NCBI RefSeq assembly: GCF_009834535.1
Contig: NC_045696.1
Span: forward strand, 75,208,001 to 75,272,000
Source of the DNA: Camelus ferus
Taxonomy: Eukaryota
Direction of reading: 5' to 3'
DNA: 64,000 nt
Shown here: piece by piece, positions 25,933 through 39,643 of the stretch
How positions within the stretch are numbered: the first letter of the stretch is position 1
How the letters are laid out: each line of letters begins with the position of its first letter
Program-made: the position numbers and the translations under genes
The notes under the pieces: generated by a model
The model's input: only the letters and a program-made list of their open reading frames with translations
The model's database searches: none
Told to the model about the DNA's origin: nothing

Positions 25933-27942
25933 GTCTTCTGCCCATTTTTGGATTGGGTTGTTTGTTTCTTTCTTATTATGTTGTATGAGCTGCTTATATA
26001 TTCTGGATATCAAGCCTTTGTTGGTTTCATCGTTTGCAAAAATTTTCTCCCATTCTGTAGATTGCCGTTTTGTTTTACTTACGGTTTCCTTTGCTGTGCA
26101 GAAGCTTGTAAGTTTAATTAGGTTCCATTTGTTTATTCTTGTTTTTATTTCTATTGCTTGGGTAGACTGCCCTAGGAGAACATTTTTGAAATATATACGA
26201 GATAATGTTTTGCCTGTGTTTTCTTCTAGGAGGTTTATTGTATCTTGTCTTTATATTTAAGTCTTTGATCCATTTTGAGTTTATTTTTGTTTATGGTGTA
26301 AGAGAGTGTTCTAGCTTCATTAATTTACATTGTTGCTGTCCAGTTTTCCCAACACCATTTGCTGAAGAGACTGTCTTTATTCCATTGTATATTCTTGCCT
26401 CCTTTGTTGAAGATTGGTTGACTAAAAGTTTGTGGGTTCACTTCTGGGCTCTCTGTTCTGTTCCATTGGTCCGTATGTCTGTTTTTGTACCAATACCATG
26501 CTGTCTTGATTACTGTAGCCCTATAGTATTGTCTGAAGTCTGGAAGAGTTATTCCTCCAGCCTCTTTCTTTTTCTTCAGTAATGCTTGGCAATTTTAGGT
26601 CCTAGGTCTTTTGTGGTTCCATATAAAGTTTATTATGATTTGTTCTAGTTCTGTGAAATATGTCCTGGGTAATTTGATAGGGATTGCATTAAATCTGTAG
26701 ATTGCCTTGGGCAGTGTGACCATTTTAACAATATTGATTCTTCCAATCCAGGAGCATGGGATATCTTTCCATTTTTTTAAGTCTTCTTGAATTTCCTTCA
26801 TCAATGGTTTATAGTTTTTTGTGTATAAGTCTTTCACCTCCTTGGTTAGATTTATTCCTAGATATTTTATTACTTTGGGTGTTATTTTAAAGGGGATTGT
26901 TTCTTTACTTTCTTTTTCTGTTGATTCATCATTAGTGTAAAGAAATGCAACTGATTTTTGATCATTAATCTTTAACCTGCTACCTTGCTGAATTCCAAAA
27001 ATGGGCAGAAGACCTAAACAAGCAATTCTCCAAGGAAGAAATACAAATGATCAATAGGCACATGAAAGAATGCTCAATATCACTAATTATCAGAGAAATG
27101 CAAATCAAAACTACAATGAGGTATCACCTCACACCAGCCAGAATGGCCATCATTCAAAAGTCCACAAATGACAAATGCTGAAGAGGCTGTGGAGAAAAGG
27201 GAACCGTCCTACACTGCTGGTGGGAATGCAGTTTGGTGCAGCCACTGTGGAAAACAGTATGGAGATTCCTCAAAAAACTAGGAATAGACTTACCATATGA
27301 CCCAGGAATCCTGCTCCTGGGCATATATCCAGAAGGAACCCTACTTCAAAAAGACACCTGCACCCCAGTATTCATAGCAGCACTATTTACAATAGCCAAG
27401 ACATGGAAACTGCCTAAATGTCCATCAACAGATGACTGGATAAAGAAGAAGTGGTATATTTATACAATGGAATACTATTCAGCCATAAAAATGATGACAT
27501 AATGCCATTTACAGAAACATGGATGGACCTGGAGAATGTCATTCTAAGTGAAGTAAGCCAGAAAGAGAAAGAAAAATACCATGTGAGATCATTTATATGT
27601 GGAATCTAAAAAAAAAAAAAAAAGAACATAAATACAAAACAGAAACAGACACTCATAGACATAGAATACAAACTTGTGGTTGCCAAGGGGGCGAGGGGTG
27701 GGAAGGGACAGACTGGGATTTCAAAATTTGTAGATACTGACAGGTATATGCAGAATGGATAAACAAGATTATACTGTATAACACAGGGAATTATATACAA
27801 GATCATTTGGTAGCTCACAGCAAAAAAAAAAATGTGACAGTGAATATATGTATGTTCATGTATAACTGAAAAACTGCTCTACACTGGAATTTAACACAAC
27901 ATTGTAAAATGACTATAACTCAATAAAAAATATTAAAAAAAA
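25933..27942 (+). mobile_element. Young 5'-truncated, 5'-inverted LINE-1 (camelid-type 3' UTR) with 18-bp TSD
   Basis: TSD AAAAAGGATGTAGTTTAG at 25915-25932 and 27943-27960. Minus-strand ORF2 at ~25933-26993 ([18 protein letters not shown]) and plus-strand ORF2 end ([15 protein letters not shown]...WYIYTMEYYSAIK). AATAAA and poly-A. Confidence 0.95.
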
Positions 27943-30900
27943 AAAAAGGATGTAGTTTAGATTTATGCCCAAGAATTTGACTTGGACAACTAGGGAAATG
28001 GTAGAGGGTTTTAAAACAGGGATCCTTATTTCCCTGCTCTTCAGGTTCCTAAGAGGGGATTTTTGCTGCCCTGGCTAAGAATGGAGAGGCGGATTGTGTA
28101 TTTATAGTTTCATTCCCCCAAAACATAGTGTCCTGAGCTCAGGTGAGGACTGACTAATCTGACTGGTGAAATAGACCAAAGTCTGACAGTCAGAGGCCCT
28201 GTCTACATTTTGGGTGAGTTTGAAGGTACACTGTTCATGGGAGGCACATTGTTTTCCCCATCCTTTTGGACTTGCCTTTGTTCAGGCCTGGTGTGCTTTG
28301 GCTTTCCCATCTCCAGGTAATAAGCCCCAGTTAGGGATGGGAGTGTCCACAGTTTAAGACTAAGTGGGTTAGCGAGGTGTCCCTCCCATGCTCAGTTCCC
28401 TTCAAAGATAGGGGGAAGGATCACCATGCTGTATTTTGGGCCTCAGGCCTAAACATCACCCTTCATACTAGGAAGCCGTGTACTTTGAAGGTTACTGTAC
28501 CACTACTAACAGAATGGATTGTTCATCTTCCTTTGGCTCTTTGTGTCTATTCTCTGTGAATCTATTTAAAAAGGGGTGTTGGGGGATTAGAAATAAGGGA
28601 ATGAAGGCTAGTATATTTCACTGAAGTAGAGCTCTCAGGAGGAATTATGAGTCTGGGGCATGACTACAAATTCAGTTTTGAATACAGGAGATTTTCAACA
28701 GTAGGTATAGAGCAGGAATTTGGATTTATAAGTCTGAAGCAGATCTAGCCTTGGCATGTCCTGGCAAGGCTGTATGTTTAAGCTCTGTTGGTGAACCATG
28801 AATCAATACGGTGGATACAAATCAACATTTATACTTGTTGACAATCTTTTCTACATATGCAGGGAGCATTCTGCCCAAATTCCTTTGGAGAATGTGAGTT
28901 ACTAATAAAACTACAAGGCAAAACCAAGTATAACAAAATATTTTGCATAAAAAACTAATTATCCAATAAAACTTGATTTTTACCTCAGGCAAAAATCAAC
29001 ACACTGCAGTTTTATTTCAAGCTCCATATTTGGATAGTTTCTTAAAGTTTGACATTAGTCCTGTGGCTCATAAGCAAATTATGTATGAGGTTATGCATAT
29101 ACAAACATGGGTATAAAGAGTAAAATGTGAAAGAAAAAATTTCCCCCTTGGCCTTCATCCATTTAAATTCAGATTCTCTTGATATTTAGCTGACAGGAAG
29201 AAATGTATTCATGTTAAGGCAGGGTAAAAGTCATTTATTAATTCGTTTATTCATTTGTCAACATCTTTAAGTCTTCATAAGATGAAACATACTGTGCCAA
29301 ATTCTGGGGAATACCAAGTATGAATTAGAGCTGTCCTGAGGGAGCTGGGTGAGATACCTATCATTACAACGCACTGTAATGAGACTTTTGGAGAGGAGCA
29401 CAAAAAGGAAGCAAGTCAATGTGCTGGGGGCTGATCTGCCAAAGAATCAGTTACTGAACTAATGCACCAAGATTAGCCAATTTGCCAATCTATTGAAGGA
29501 TCACTTGGCTAAAGGAGTAATATGCCCACTTTATCACAGATTTAACAAAGACTTATTTTAGGGAGCATTGTTGTAAGTATAGTAAATTAATTTGGATACA
29601 TTTTCCTTTGAATAGTTTAAGATGATATTTTAAAAATATAATTATAAAGTATATCCTTCTTATGAATACATTCATAGATATATCTTTCTTGAATATGTTT
29701 ATGAATACATTCTTCTAATAGATATAACAAAAATTTAGCATTTCATGTGGGAGCCTTTCAGTTTATGGTGATTTTTTTCCAAGTCTATTTTAGAGTCATT
29801 TGCTGTTTTGCTAACATTTTAGCATCACTGAGATTCTTGTGGCAAATTTCACATTGTGACTACTTTGATAGATTTGGCAGCTTTATCAATTAACCAAGAT
29901 TTGTTTCTCTTAACCATTCATAAGATTGTGGTAATCGATTTTGGATGGGAATTTTTAACAGCTTTTTGAAGTTTCTGTGAAGTTCTGTTTGAACAGCTTT
30001 ATTTTGTCCTTATAACAAAATGTTTAATATGTCTCTGCTCTTGTCCTGTTATTGGAACAGAAGGGATCTGATTAAGAATGGTGAGACCCTCTGCCAGGGG
30101 AAAGTTGAAGATCAGAATCAGCATGATGCAGTCTGGTGTGCTGATCCTAGAGAGGGGGAACCCAGGGGCAGAGAGGAAACCAGGAGCAGAGAGGAACCAA
30201 GGAGCAGAGAGAGCAGTAGGGCATGGGGTGGGGCAAAGTGGAGAAGACCAGGGAACAGGAGAGACCGGAGGTAGAGGGCATCTGGGACACAAGGAGGGAG
30301 AGGCAGAGGAGCAGAGAGATGGAGGGATAATGGCTGCAGAGACCAAGAGACAGAGGAAAAGGGTCTGAAGGCCCTAAATTTGGCCCCCCTGCAGCCTTTT
30401 TGGTCCCAGCTAATTCACAAAACTATGTAAGGTTACAATGATTAAACAAAGTTTTTGGTACATAACTAAATTTGATAAATTCACCATAAAGATCAACTGA
30501 CAAATGGATCAGTATTTGGCAAATTGGCTTTAGGCAAATTGTCTATCGCTGTATTGGTTATTCCTTGAAATGTGCATTCAGTAGATGGGTGATAGATAAA
30601 TTGACTCAGGACTGTGATTTATGAGCATGAATGTAGTTTTAATTCATGCTTAATTAAACCAAGATGGCCATAATTTGGTTTAAGTGGTGATGGTTAAGGA
30701 TCCTATAATAGACTGGATTGAATTTCCAATGAGCAAACAATTGTGAGGGGAATAGTATCCAGGCAGAATGTGAGAGAATAGGGTAGCTGAGTGTGGTTGG
30801 AATCTAGGATCCAGTGGTGGGGGATGGTAGGTAGGCTGGTTAGATAGGTAGTGGCCAGAGATAAAGGATTTTGTGTCTTCTGAAATTAGAGGAGCCACTA

Positions 30901-32544
30901 AAAGAATTGAAGCAAGAAAGTGCTGTGATTAGATTTGTACTTTGAAAAGCTCACTCACTTTAGTGCAATTGATTGTGTGGAGTGGTTTAACATCCGGAGG
31001 CTAAGAGACTGTTTCTGAAACCCTCTCAGCATTTCAGGTATTAGATAAAGAGGGGTTGAAAAAAAAGCAGTGGTAGAGGAGATGAAAATTTAAATCTGGC
31101 CATCATTTGTGTACAGAAGTAACCATGAACACTGGGTTTTAATGAGACTCTTTAGGTAGTCGGAGAAACAAAAGTCAGCAAAGGTATTTGAACTCAGAGA
31201 GGGCAGGAAGACAGGTCTGCAGTGGGTCCTGAAGCTGTAGAGAGGTGAAGGGCACTGGCAGGTGTAGGAAAAAGGAGGGAAGGTACGAATAAAGAATTAT
31301 GTATATCTGACACATCTTGGGGAAAGCCTTTCAGAAATCTGACCATAATACTTAACAGACGGGATATTTGTATTTATGCCTCTCTAGGCCTAGTGAATAT
31401 TGAGCTGCTCAAGAATTGGAGCCAGACCACATTCATCTTTGTAGGCTCAGTCCCTTGCATTTATTAGGAGTATGCTCCTTTTTGGGCTAAAAATGGCTTC
31501 AGTATGTTTAGTTGTGAGACAGCCAGCACAAGGAGGCTCAATGGCCAAGCAAAACCAAATAAATCAGAGAACCATGGCTAGAACAGACTCTTGGCTTCTC
31601 TCTTACTATCAGTGGCCACTGGATGCTACCACTAACACAGTTACTATTCTTTCTAGAAAAATTTCAAGGTTTTCAAGCACTGAGAGCTGTAGTTTCCAGA
31701 CTTCAAGGAAAAGTGCCTTCTGTTAGATCCTATGAGGTGAATCTTTGGGTCAATGGATTGCTGAATGCCAGCTGAGCTTAAACAGGCAGAGTTGCTATGT
31801 ATCCCTGCCCCAGGAACACAACCTGTAACCTCATGTGGCAGAGCTGGGAGTGACGTTGATTAAAACAGACATTTTCTGCCTTCTGGCCATCAGTTTTCTA
31901 TGTTTTTTGAGATGTGCTTCTTTGTATGGGTTTCCTCATCCTCTGTTAGTTCCAGATTTCATGGTTTTTCTTTGAGCTAGTGAGTATATATTTATATGGT
32001 GCAATTTGATCAGTTTAATTATTATTCTGTTTTTGATCTTTTAAGGCATACATTTCTTTGGGAGAAATGTGCTTTTGGGAACAAATGACAGTCACACATA
32101 ATATAGTCATTAACAAGAGGGGTTTGGTCTGTGAACCTAATGTTATTATTGTCAATTTATTAATTCACAGGATGTCTTATAATATTTTATGGAGAAGAGA
32201 ATAAGGATGAGAGCAAAATTATGGAAACAAAAGTTGGATTTATTTCTTTTTATTCCTGCATTTAACTTATCAGATCAATTTCCCAATGATATCTTAATTT
32301 CTAAGTCTCATTTCTTTTTACTTGATTATTAGCACATTAAATTTGATAAAAGTTTTTAGTGAAAAATAGGGAAGGAAACAGGAAATTATGTAAACTTATC
32401 ATTCAGATAAGTTACGTTGTTCTTATGACCTAAAGAGCCTTTGAGAAGTACTGCCTTTATACTCATCACATTATTTGATTCTAGTGCAACAATAGTAGAA
32501 ATAATTAACAAAAAAATAACTAGGATGACTCTATACATGGAAAT

Positions 32545-35110
32545 GACAATATAGTTCCAAAGAACTCATGGGTCAGAGAATAAAACATGATAGAAATTAG
32601 GATACATTTAGAAGTGAATAATTAAAAACACTATAGACCAATTAGTGGAATGTAGCTAAAGCAATACATAGATAGAATGACATAGTCTTAAATGTTTATA
32701 TTAGATAACAATAAAGTCTGAAAATTAATGTGCTAGGCACCCAACTTAGGAAGTTATAAATAGATTAATAGAACATATTAAAATAAAGTATAAGGGAGGA
32801 AATAATAAACATGAGCAGAAATAAATGAAATAAAAGAAGTACTATATTAAAGAATTAATGAAATCAAAAGTTAATTTTTTGAAAAGACTAATGGAACAGA
32901 CAAACCTCTGATGAGAATAAGAAAAATTAGAGAAGGCTCAAATAAATATCAGGAATTTGAAAACCATAAGTACAGATACAGAATGGATTAGAAGATAATA
33001 GAAGATATTAAAAACAATCTTATAGCAAGACATTTGAAAGCTTTGATATATAATTTAAATTAAATATATAGCAAATTCTTACAAATATATTGCTTATTGA
33101 AGCTGCTTCAGAAATAACTAGAAAATCTAAATAGTTCTAAATCAGTTAAAAAATTGAATCACAGATTTAAAATATCCTTATAATGGAAATACCACTTAAT
33201 CATTTATAGGTGAGTTCTACCTATATTATACAAATCATTCAGAGAATCATATTCATTCAGAGAAAGACTTGGTGACAAAGATGCCTATTTACTGCAAATT
33301 AATTAATAGCTTTCATAAAATTCCAATAAAAATCACCAGGGTTTTTCTGGTAAGTATGGTAGCCGATTGGATAAGCTGATTCTAAAGTTTATATGGGAGT
33401 GCAAACATCTCAGGATAGCAAATACACTCCTTACTACAAAAGAACAAGGTGAGCAACTTTTCTACCAGATATCAAGATGTATTCTAATGCTAAAGTTTGT
33501 AAGCTCAAGTGTGGTGTTTTTCTGAGGTAGACAAAATTGATCAGTGGGACAGGCTAGAGATCCATATCCATGCATATGTGGAAACCTAAATATGGTAGAT
33601 GTATACTTTTAGATCATTGGGAAAAGGATAAACCATCCAACAAAAGGTGCTGGGCAATTGGTTATCCATACAGAAAAAACTGGGTACCTACTTCACACCA
33701 CACACAGAAGTCAACTTCAGATGATTAAGGACTTAATTATGAAAGGCAAACCTACAAAATATTAAGAAAACTGTAAAGGAGTAGGAGGGTATTTCAAAAT
33801 GTTACAAATAATTGCTGAGAACACGTTAAAATTAAAAACATATGTTCATGAAAAGACATCATAAAGAAAGTGAAAACACAGGTAAACTAGGAGAAGCTAT
33901 TTGCACACGATAAACAAAGGGTTAATAGAAACTTTTATACAGGTTTTGAATAGTTTATACAGCATTTTAAATTGTTGCTGCAGGAGGGCTGGTCTGAGTA
34001 TTTAGTCTACTGTACTGTCAGAAAAGGAAATCTCTGTTATATCTTTCCTCCATCTCTTTCCCTCTCCTGGGCTCTAAACATTCACATGTAACTTTCCAAT
34101 CCTTCCTTTCACAATTTCCATCTCTTTATACTTTTCCTCTGGGTTTTAAGCTATTTCTTTCACTTTATCTTCCAGTTCTCTCATTTTGTTTTCAACCATT
34201 CTCAATGGTTACTATTCTATCCTCCATTAAAAAATTTTAAGTAAAAAAAGCCCAGACTTTTGTAAAGAATTCGTACAAGTCAATAAGAAAAAGAACAAAA
34301 CTCCAGTAGAAAAATGGGCCACCTATTTGAACAGGCATGTCACAGAAAAGGACTAGGTTCAGTCTTAACTACTAATTTGAAAAATGGAAATTGAAAGCAC
34401 AAACCCTCTGGATTGTTGAAATTTAAAACTCAAAAAAGCCAGAGCAATGAAGTCACATCTGCAGCTGCTTTGGAAAGTGATGGCATCGCCTGGGGAAGTG
34501 GAAGCTGTGTGTACTTTTGAACCAACCATTCCCAAGTTAGGTATGTATCCTGAGGAATGTTTGTACATGTGTACAAAGAGACATCCACGGGAAGTATTAT
34601 AGCAGCATTGTTAGTACAAAAAGAACTGGAAATAACACCAATGTCTATTAGCAATAGACTGGTAGAATAACTGGTGGTATAGTTATATAATGGTGCACTA
34701 CACAGCAGTGAAAATGAGTTACAGCTACTTATATCAGCACTGATAAATCATGGGACCATAATGTTTGGCAGAAAAAGTAAGTTGCAGAGCAATTCATATG
34801 GTATGATTCCATTTATATAAAATCTCCAAACATTCAGAAGTAAATAATATATTGTTTAAGCATAAAAATGTGACAAACTCATGAAGAAAAGCAAGGGAAT
34901 AATAAACAAAATTCGGGAGGGTAGTTATCTCTGGACGGGGGCTGGGATGGGGAGGAGGATGCTATTAGGGAAGCATCTCAAGGGCTTCAGAAATTCTGAT
35001 TGGTTTATTCTTTAAACTTAATGAAGGGTACTCATATGTTTATTATGCCATCATTCTCTGTATGTTAACATGTGATAAATTTTCCTTTGTATCAATTCAG
35101 TATTTAATAA
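32545..35110 (+). mobile_element. Ancient degraded L1 ORF2 and 3' end (L1M/L1ME-like), interrupted around 33930-34240
   Basis: Relics such as tggaatgtagctaaagca, aagctgattctaaagtttatatgg, gaaaaatgggcc...ttgaacaggca and tatgattccatttatataaaa. Boundaries approximate. Confidence 0.7.
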
Positions 35111-36404
35111 AAGCAATCCAAAGAATATTTGATAAACACTCAGCCATAATATCTTTGGCCAATAACCTCTCTCTTCTTTAATTTTTAAATTAGTTATTGC
35201 TGCTGTTGTTTTATTTGCCTCCTGCAATTTAAAAATTAACATCGGCTCACCTAACAAGGAGGTTTGTTCAGAGAAGAAAAAGTATTTCTTCATCTTGCTG
35301 GGGTTGTGGAATGGAGGCTAAGGATAGAAACCAGTGTTTTGCATATATAGAAAAAGGACTGTCTTTGAATTAAAATCATGGAAAAAATACAAAATTGACT
35401 TCAACTTCCCTTGAGCTATAAAAATTAGGTTTCAGAATTTTCAGTGGACTTTTGCTTCCACTTATTTCTCTACCTGTCTGTAAGCTGGTTTTCTGATGTT
35501 CCATCTCTTAAGGAATCCCAGGGAAGCCAATATCCTGACAAGTTTGGCTCTGGTCTCACAATAGGCAGTATGGAATGGAGCTGAGGATTTTTGACTGCCT
35601 GGCCTCTGGGATTTCTGGGGGAACACAGCTGAAGAAGCTGGACATACAGAGGCCAGGTTTGCAGAATAAGAAACTGAGGGTAGAACAATTACGAGCCATT
35701 CTGGGCAGTGCTTCCAGAAATCTAGTTAATTTATTTCTGAATAATTAACTTGAGGACCTTAATTATCTAGATTTATTATCAGCCACCATCATCTTCCTTA
35801 TCACCATGATTATTGCCACCAAGAGTATCTTAAGCAGAGAAGTCAATTTTAAAACCTGAGTCTTGTTCTACAAGACTGAGAATTAGGCAGTGAAGATGAA
35901 ATTGTGGTCAAGAAAGAGGTATGGACAAATGAACCAACAACAAACTAAGCATACTGACTTAGTGGTAGATTCTGTTGCTTTATTTGTTGGCTGTTTTTCC
36001 ATGTGTCTTTGACACTGTAGGCCAAAGTCATGCAGATTAGTTTCATAAGCCTTGGCATCCCCATCCCATAAATAAAGCTTGCTGAAACTGATTTGTTTGT
36101 AGTCAATATTTTAATTATTTAAAATCCCATAGTTGCTGAAATCATGCTTTGAATATAAAAACATAAAAGTAGTAATTTAAGAGTTTTATGGAATCTTATT
36201 GGTGCTGAATATGAAGCTAATTACTTCTTTTAACTCCACAAATATTGCCAATATATCAAATTCACATATTTATTATCTCCTTTGATATACAATTTTCAGC
36301 TCCACTTTAACACAGTTTTCCCCTTGTGGGCTTGGCTGTTTACTGCTGCTCCAAATATCTCATGTTTGACAAGGGCCTATGTAAGCCATGGGGTGCAGGG
36401 GAGA

Positions 36405-36590
36405 GAGTACAGCCTTGGGTTTAAATCTTGATTCCATCACTGGCTAGTTGTTGGACCCTTGGAAGTTATTTAAACTCTCTAAGCCTCAGCTTCCCCATCT
36501 GTAAAATGGCATACTAATCTCTATCTTGTAAATTAGAAGAGGGCAGTTTAGGAAAACATGTAGCGCACAGTAATTGCTTCTTAACTGTTA
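36405..36590 (+). mobile_element. MIR SINE
   Basis: gggtttaaatcttgattcc...ctctaagcctcagcttccccatctgtaaaatgg. Confidence 0.75.
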
Positions 36591-38334
36591 ATTCTTTTGT
36601 TTGTAAAATATATATGTATATATAGCAGAATGCATTTAATTACTCAGTGAGAATAAATAGAAGGTGAAACAAATACATCATGCTTCACCTGCTCTGATGA
36701 AACCTTCAGAATCTAAGGAGGACTGGCCATTGACAGTTATAGTATTCTTGTAGGGCAACAAAATCTCTGCCGTTCTGCACCATCACTGGTAGTAAACTTT
36801 TTTTCACAAAATTCCACAAAATATGAAATTTTAAAATGACACAGTTTTATGGTAAAGATCTTGCTGAAAGATGATTCAACTTAGTTGCTTGAAAGCAAAT
36901 GAAAATAACTTGATTAAGCATTGAGAAAAAGCATGTGAAAACCTAGAGATAAACAAAGAGAAAATTTTCAGTTGATCTGCTTGTGTCATGATGAGCAACA
37001 AGACTTTGTTCAAACACTAGTTGCCTTCTGAGCTGTAATTTAAACATTATATTATTTTTTCCATAATTAAGATAATATAACATATTACAAAGTATTTAGA
37101 AAATGGAGGAGTGAAAAACATACTTTTCCTGCCAGGCTTTTTCCTATGTATTTTTTTTCTTGTGGCTGAAATTATAGTTTGTATGTAATTTTTCAACTTG
37201 ATTTTTCAGTTAATATTATGTCAAAACATTTTTAAGTGTTAAGTAATATATTATAGTCCATGATTTATTTAACAGATTTTCTATTGTGTATATTGAAGTT
37301 GCTTCTGAATTTTTGCTGTAGTATATAATTATTGTGAAAAACAATATTGCTTTCAGAATTTTTAAAGAATTTTACCTGTAGGTAAATACAGATTTTTAAA
37401 AGGAAAAATAGGAATACCAGCTCTCAAAACTCATACTCAAGTAAACCTCCCTCAGATCCTTCTTCTTATGCCCAACACCATTTATCAATTCTGGTTTCTG
37501 TCAGATTCTGCAGGCAGGTAAGCCTTGCTTAAGTTGCAATATGTTGGTATAGGAAGTTCTGTTTAAAATTTAGCTTCAGCAAACCCAAGCAATAGTACCA
37601 GCTCAATAAGAAAGAGAGAAACTCAGAAAAAAAAAAAAAAAAGAAACCAAATATTTAAAAATGGCTAGATAATTTTATGAATGCATTTACTCCCAAGTTG
37701 AAAGGCTATTTTGAGCTGCATAATTGTCATTTTGTCTTTTATTAACACTGCCTTTGCCTTTTAATCTTTTTTCTTATTCCCCCATTTCTCCCTGACTCAG
37801 GCTCTTCTTCCAAGAAGTTTGAGAGTTCCATGAACTTGTCTATTCTTTTTTTCATTCTCTCTTAGTTTTTGTTTTCCTTCTCTACCATATGTCTAGTGCC
37901 TTGAACTGCAGTTTTCATTACTCCAGTTCAGTATTTATTGAGTAATTACTATGTGCTAGGTACAGTGGTAGATGGGGAAAATTCAAGGGAGAGTACAACA
38001 CACAGTCTGTGCTGGTCAAGAGGATGGTGAAAAGTCTGACTGAATGCCTATCTAAAGGCAGAGGTGGAGCTAGCTAAGTGACGAGTATGTATATGTGCAC
38101 GTGTAAAGGGCATTTCTAACAGAGAACAGCCTTTGCTGTTGTAGGAGTGAGCATGGAGAGTGCAAGGAGGATGAAGGCCAAAGTGTCTGAAACCCTGTTC
38201 CCTCAATGTAGAACACATCCACATTAACACTTGCAAAATACAAAGCTCAATTGCCCAATGATTTCCCACTGGCATCCTCTCTGGGTAGTTGGGTCAAATG
38301 ATTCTGAAAAGCCCCCAGAGTTCCAGTGATTTAC

Positions 38335-38390
38335 CTTTTCTCATCGTGTCTGTAAGTTGAAGAGGTCCGACCACTGGTCCATATGAACAT
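38335..38390 (-). CDS. KCNMB2: KCNMB2 first coding exon, CDS part (MFIWTSGRTSSTYRHDEK-, N-terminal inactivation ball)
   Basis: Manual translation of the reverse complement gives ATG TTC ATA TGG ACC AGT GGT CGG... AAA AG|GTAA. The MFIW N-terminus is characteristic of BK beta-2. 56 nt, phase compatible with the next exon. Too short for the ORF track. Confidence 0.97.
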
Positions 38391-38457
38391 CTTAGAGGAT
38401 GTTGGTCCAGAGGCTCCTTTCCTTATGGTGGAAGTCTTGGAGGAATGGCGAAAAGAC
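38391..38457 (-). other. KCNMB2: 5' UTR part of the ATG-containing exon (67 nt; whole exon 38335-38457, 123 nt)
   Basis: Acceptor ...gtacctcttctag|GTCTTTT on the minus strand at 38458-38460. An acceptor implies a further upstream non-coding exon, which I could not locate in this window. Confidence 0.85.
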
Positions 38458-38586
38458 CTAGAAGAGGTACATACTGAAGTTAAAGATTCATTACTTAAAG
38501 TTTGGGGGACTCTGTGTCAACAGCAAACAATAACTCTCAGAGGACTGATCATTTAAATAAGACTAAGTTTCTTTTGCTGTGGGGAA

Positions 38587-38735
38587 GTTGTTCTCAACCC
38601 TGGTTGCATATTAAAATCAACTGGGAATCTTTTAAAAAACACTGAAACCTGGGTCCCTCCCTCAGAATTGTGCATTCAGTTTTTTAAAAAGCCTTTCAGT
38701 TGTTTCTAATGCACTGTTAGGATTGAGACCCACTG
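38587..38735. mobile_element. MER5A-like DNA transposon just upstream of the ATG exon
   Basis: gttctcaaccctggttgcatattaaaatcaactggg...gattgagacccactg. Confidence 0.65.
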
Positions 38736-39643
38736 CCTTAGGGAAACATGGTTTTCTAATTGATGTTATTATCATATTTCCTCCAACACATCTCCTCTAT
38801 AAATATAATTTTGGCACAGCCTAGTGTTCTATATTTTTTCAAAATTCTGATTTGGGTTTGGATACTAAAATTCTATTTCCTATTTCTCTGTTCCTCTTCA
38901 GACTGTTTTCCTTGATGCTGACAGATGTGACATGTTGGTGATGAAAGATCATATTTTAAATGCGCTCTATTGCCACAGCTGTGGGTTCATCCCTTGGCTG
39001 CTGAGTCCCTGAGAATATCACCGTGCAGCAGCAGCAGATGTTCTTTGGCTCCTAGAGGTTAGGCTTGTAGGACCGAGAGTTCCTACAAGATAATAGAGGA
39101 ATATTGTGTTCCTTTGGTTATGACTTGGCTTGGGGATTAGTTCTTACATCTTGAAGTTAGAAATATGCAATATCATAGGAATCTTAATCACGTATAAAAG
39201 CTAAAATGATATGTAACAAATAGAACAAAGGAAGGAAGGTGATTCTTCATGGGTACATAGTCACCTGTGGCTTTCTTTTTGGCTGAGTACATTATTACTG
39301 GTAAACATGAGATTAGAAATAATATCAACTATTATATACTATATTAGCTACAACATGGTAGGCAATTTGCATATTTTATCTATGTATCTATGTATATATC
39401 ATGAAATGCCTATATCTATATAGACATAGGCATGTATATGCCTATATCTGTGTTCTGCTTATATTATGAAAACCCTGCAAGGTAGATGATGCTACGATTT
39501 CCAGATTACAAATGATGCTTCTAGGAGATTGAGCTATTTGCTCACATTAACAAAAGGTGAAAAAAAAAAAAAAAGAAAATGTGGAGCCATGTCTGCATGT
39601 CCCCAATTCTCATTCTTTCTGGAGAAAGACACATAGTCTAGCC

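Noticed and set aside
29999..30368. Three overlapping ORFs on both strands
   Set aside because: Explained by stop-poor GA-rich low-complexity sequence.
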